DNA from: Bythopirellula sp.
Lineage (GTDB): Bacteria > Planctomycetota > Planctomycetia > Pirellulales > Lacipirellulaceae
Assembly: GCA_965216565.1 (NCBI GenBank)
Contig: OZ244170.1
Location: forward strand, 3,296,001 to 3,360,000
DNA: 64,000 nt
Reading direction: 5' to 3'
Shown here: positions 60,745-64,000 of the stretch, in pieces
Layout: every line of letters begins with the position of its first letter
Position numbering within the stretch: position 1 is the stretch's first letter
Notes under the pieces: model-generated
The model's input: only the letters and a program-made list of their open reading frames with translations
Database searches by the model: none
What the model was told of the DNA's origin: nothing
Program-made: the position numbers and the translations under genes

Positions 60745-63700
60745 TTGAGCGACGACACATCTTCGGCTTTATCTTCCGAGCAAAACAAAATATTAAAATC
60801 AGACAACCTGTATGTTGTCGGCGTCGGCGCATCGGCTGGTGGACTCGATGCGATTGAGCGACTATTTGGCAATATGCCTATCGACTCCAACATGGCGTTT
60901 GTTGTCGTGCAGCACCTTTCCCCAGACTTTGAAAGTCTAATGGACGAATTGCTGGCCCGGCACACATCGATGCCAATCCACCGGGTAAAAGATGGCATGC
61001 AAGTTGAAGCCAACGGAATCTATCTGATTCCACCTAAGAAAAACATGATGTTGTCTCAAGGGAAGCTTCTGCTAACCGATCAGGATTCAGCTGGGTCTTT
61101 GAATCTACCGATCGACATCTTCTTCCGTTCCCTAGCTCAAGACGTGGGCAATCGGGCTATTGCCATTGTCCTTTCCGGGACTGGCAGTGACGGGTCTCGC
61201 GGACTCCGAGACGTTCACGATGCAGGCGGGCTGGTGTTGGTGCAGGACTTAGAGTCCGCCAGTTTCGATGGCATGCCGCGCAGTGCTGCTTCAACTGAAG
61301 TCGTCGACGTAGTCTGCCCTCCCGAATTAATGCCTCAACGAATTCAAGAGTATCTACGCAATCCAGTCGAATTCGACCGTGAACAGATTCATTATCCTGA
61401 CGACCTCACCGGAACCGGCGATCGTTACGAAATATTCCGCTTGTTTCGTCACAAGTTTGGAATTGACTTTTCCCTCTACAAGCCAGCAACCATCGATAGG
61501 CGAATCGAGCGCCGAGTTCAGCTAACTCGCTCCAATGACCTCAAATCCTATGTGGAATCGTTGGAGTCCAATACGGAGGAACTCGACACACTCTATCGCG
61601 ATCTCTTGGTCGAAGTAACGCAGTTCTTTCGCGACCCTGAATCCTTCGATATTGTGCGTACAGAAGTTATTCCGCGCATGGTCGCAGATGCAGAACCAGA
61701 TAACGAACTACGAGCCTGGGTTCCTGGATGTGCCACTGGCGAAGAAGCTTATTCTTTGGCAATGCTGTTTCAAGATGAAATTGCTCGCACTGATAAAGAC
61801 ATTAGCTTTAAGGTGTTCGCCACAGATGTTCACCAGAACTCGTTAGAAATGGCAAGTTCGGGTGTCTACACCCGCGCTGCTTTAGAAAACGTCCCGGAAG
61901 ACTTCCAGTCCAAGTATTTTACGGCTAGCGGCGATCTCTACCACATCACACGTGAATTACGTCAGAGGGTCATTTTTGCTCCCAACGACATAACACGTGA
62001 TCCACCATTTACGAAAATCGATTTTATCAGTTGCAGAAACGTGCTCATTTATCTTGAGCCCAAGGTCCAGAAGAAGGTTCTGTCTCTCTTTCATTTTGGA
62101 CTAGAGACGGGCGGAATCCTCTTCCTTGGCCCCAGCGAAAGTTTAGGAGACCTTGCCAACGACTTTGCAACGATTGATCGTCATTGGCGTATCTATCGTA
62201 AAGAACGGGATGCCCGACTGCCAATGTCTGCCCGGCTGCCAATGACGTCTGCGCTTTCTCGTGTCATTTCCCAACGTCCGCCGTTTGTGGCGAAGAGCCC
62301 TTTGCAAGGTACAGATCCTATTCTGGCAAATGCATTCCATGAATTGCTTACCAAGTATGTTCCCCCTAGCCTGCTGGTCAATGAATACTTCGAACTGGTG
62401 CATTCCTTTGGTGATGCAACAAAGCTACTTATTCAACCCGAGGGCCGATCTACGCTTGATGTGCTGAAAATGGTCAACGGCGACCTACGCATGGCGATGA
62501 GCGCTGCCCTGCACAAAGCCAGCCAACAGAGATCCCCGGTTGTTTACAAGGGCGTCCGAGTCAATCTAGATGATGAGGAACTTCAGTACAAAGTAGTTGT
62601 CGAACCCTTCTTCAAAGACAATCACCGGATGTACCTGATTAGCATGGAGCGCATTGAAGTACCTGTTGCTCCCAAGCCAAGCGAAGAGCAGTTTGACGTT
62701 CAAGAACAATCAACAGAGCGGATCTCAGTATTGGAGCAAGAACTCTCTTATACGCGCGAGTCTCTGCAATCGACCGTCGAAGAACTAGAGACAAGCAACG
62801 AAGAACTCCAAAGCACCAACGAAGAGCTCATTGCCTCGAACGAAGAACTACAGAGCACGAATGAAGAACTGCATAGCGTTAATGAAGAACTCTACACCGT
62901 CAACGCTGAGCACAAGCAAAAAATTGAAGAGCTAACTCAGCTGACGAACGATATGGACAATTTGCTGAAAAGCACTCATATCGGTACGGTCTTCTTGGAC
63001 CGCAGCCTGCATATCCGGATGTTCACACCGGCAATATCGGCTGCCTTCAATATGCTCGATCAAGATATCGGTCGTCCCATTGATCACATTGCTTTCCGGC
63101 TCGATCATCCCAACCTGATGGCAGATGTTAGCGATGTAATGCAGCATGCCAAACCCATTGAACGAGAATGCAAAGGTGCCGATCAAAAAACATATCTCTT
63201 CCGAGTGATGCCCTACAGGACAGGAGCAAATCGGATGGATGGCATCGCCATGACGGTGACTGACATCACGGCAGTAAAAGAAGTCGAAAAAGCACAGCAG
63301 AGGAATGTCGATCTTGCGCGGGCAAATAAGGATCTCCAAGATTTTGCTTACGCGGTATCGCACGATCTCCAAGCACCCCTACGTCACCTGGGTGATGCTT
63401 GCCAAGAGCTGAAGCGGACGATGTCGCCAGTAGAGCTGGAATCGTACGAACAGATGATTTCTCAAATAGGCAATTCTTCTGCCAGTCTGTCCAGGATGAT
63501 CCAAGGGCTGCTGACTTACTCTCGCGTCTCCACACGTGGCAAGACCTTTGGGCCCGTCGATTGCGAGGAAATACTCGTGGATGCGGTCGAGGAGCTTTCG
63601 GAACAGATTACCGACACACGAGCGAAAGTGACGTCGGACGATTTACCCACGATCAGAGCGGATGATCGCCAAATAACTCGCGTGTTTCTAGAGCTACTTG

Positions 63701-63993
63701 ACAACGCAATCTTATATCGAGGGAAAACGGAGCCAAAAATTCACATCGGGTGCCGCAAAGATGAGACCGACTGGTTGTTCTCATTTGAAGACAACGGCGT
63801 AGGAATCGAGGAGAGACACTACGAACGGATCTTCATCATATTCCAACGCTTAGGATTCAAACCCGAGGTGAGAGGAAACGGACTTGGCCTCGCACTCACA
63901 AAAAGGATTGTGGAACGTCATGGCGGACGCATCTGGGTAGAATCGGTACCCGAAGAGAAAACTACATTCTACTTCACAATTCCAGCAATTTAG
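60745..63993 (+). CDS. CheB-CheR-coiled-coil-PAS-histidine kinase fusion
   Basis: CheB GASAGG/VQH/GSDG; Che[27 protein letters not shown] heptads; [20 protein letters not shown]. Confidence 0.93.
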   Translation: MSDDTSSALSSEQNKILKSDNLYVVGVGASAGGLDAIERLFGNMPIDSNMAFVVVQHLSPDFESLMDELLARHTSMPIHRVKDGMQVEANGIYLIPPKKNMMLSQGKLLLTDQDSAGSLNLPIDIFFRSLAQDVGNRAIAIVLSGTGSDGSRGLRDVHDAGGLVLVQDLESASFDGMPRSAASTEVVDVVCPPELMPQRIQEYLRNPVEFDREQIHYPDDLTGTGDRYEIFRLFRHKFGIDFSLYKPATIDRRIERRVQLTRSNDLKSYVESLESNTEELDTLYRDLLVEVTQFFRDPESFDIVRTEVIPRMVADAEPDNELRAWVPGCATGEEAYSLAMLFQDEIARTDKDISFKVFATDVHQNSLEMASSGVYTRAALENVPEDFQSKYFTASGDLYHITRELRQRVIFAPNDITRDPPFTKIDFISCRNVLIYLEPKVQKKVLSLFHFGLETGGILFLGPSESLGDLANDFATIDRHWRIYRKERDARLPMSARLPMTSALSRVISQRPPFVAKSPLQGTDPILANAFHELLTKYVPPSLLVNEYFELVHSFGDATKLLIQPEGRSTLDVLKMVNGDLRMAMSAALHKASQQRSPVVYKGVRVNLDDEELQYKVVVEPFFKDNHRMYLISMERIEVPVAPKPSEEQFDVQEQSTERISVLEQELSYTRESLQSTVEELETSNEELQSTNEELIASNEELQSTNEELHSVNEELYTVNAEHKQKIEELTQLTNDMDNLLKSTHIGTVFLDRSLHIRMFTPAISAAFNMLDQDIGRPIDHIAFRLDHPNLMADVSDVMQHAKPIERECKGADQKTYLFRVMPYRTGANRMDGIAMTVTDITAVKEVEKAQQRNVDLARANKDLQDFAYAVSHDLQAPLRHLGDACQELKRTMSPVELESYEQMISQIGNSSASLSRMIQGLLTYSRVSTRGKTFGPVDCEEILVDAVEELSEQITDTRAKVTSDDLPTIRADDRQITRVFLELLDNAILYRGKTEPKIHIGCRKDETDWLFSFEDNGVGIEERHYERIFIIFQRLGFKPEVRGNGLGLALTKRIVERHGGRIWVESVPEEKTTFYFTIPAI

Positions 63994-64000
63994 TTTGACA

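Noticed and set aside
62770..62910. CRISPR-like or tandem DNA repeat (aacgaagaact units)
   Set aside because: This is the coding 21-nt periodicity of the NEELQST heptads in the CheBR coiled coil; no spacers or cas genes.

Overview
This window looks like a planctomycete chromosome segment. DUF1559 prepilin-like proteins, a DUF1580 protein and dockerin-like/PEP-CTERM surface proteins point to a Lacipirellulaceae/Pirellulales-type host (inference). It has four blocks. (1) 1-13.7 kb: a partial Tad/Flp pilus locus (cpaE, cpaF, tadB, tadC, two tadE, tadG) with a TPR/beta-barrel gene, an atypical FixJ-like regulator and a PEP-CTERM SGNH-like protein. (2) 13.7-50.8 kb: a 36,969-bp element integrated in tRNA-Arg(CCG), bounded by an 84-bp direct repeat. 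It has a tyrosine integrase at the right end and a DUF1580 plus primase-SF2-helicase module at the left end, with a perfect 17-bp inverted repeat (candidate origin) inside the rep gene. Its ~29-kb co-oriented cargo encodes two surface-anchored sialidase-fold proteins, an SSS symporter, a DHDPS/NAL-family aldolase, a FucI-type isomerase, a ribulokinase and a GH78 rhamnosidase. Together these fit a candidate Kdo (3-deoxy-D-manno-octulosonate) scavenging and catabolic pathway, which is the main hypothesis here. (3) 50.8-56.6 kb: housekeeping genes and tRNA-Ser(CGA). (4) 56.6-64 kb: a signalling cluster with a PAS kinase, a CsrA-HisKA-like-receiver fusion, two single-domain receivers and a CheB-CheR-PAS kinase. 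A recurring 14-bp TAAGGG-W3-CCC-like motif occurs in promoter regions of both the Tad and signalling blocks. All calls come from motif recognition by eye; no database searches were run.
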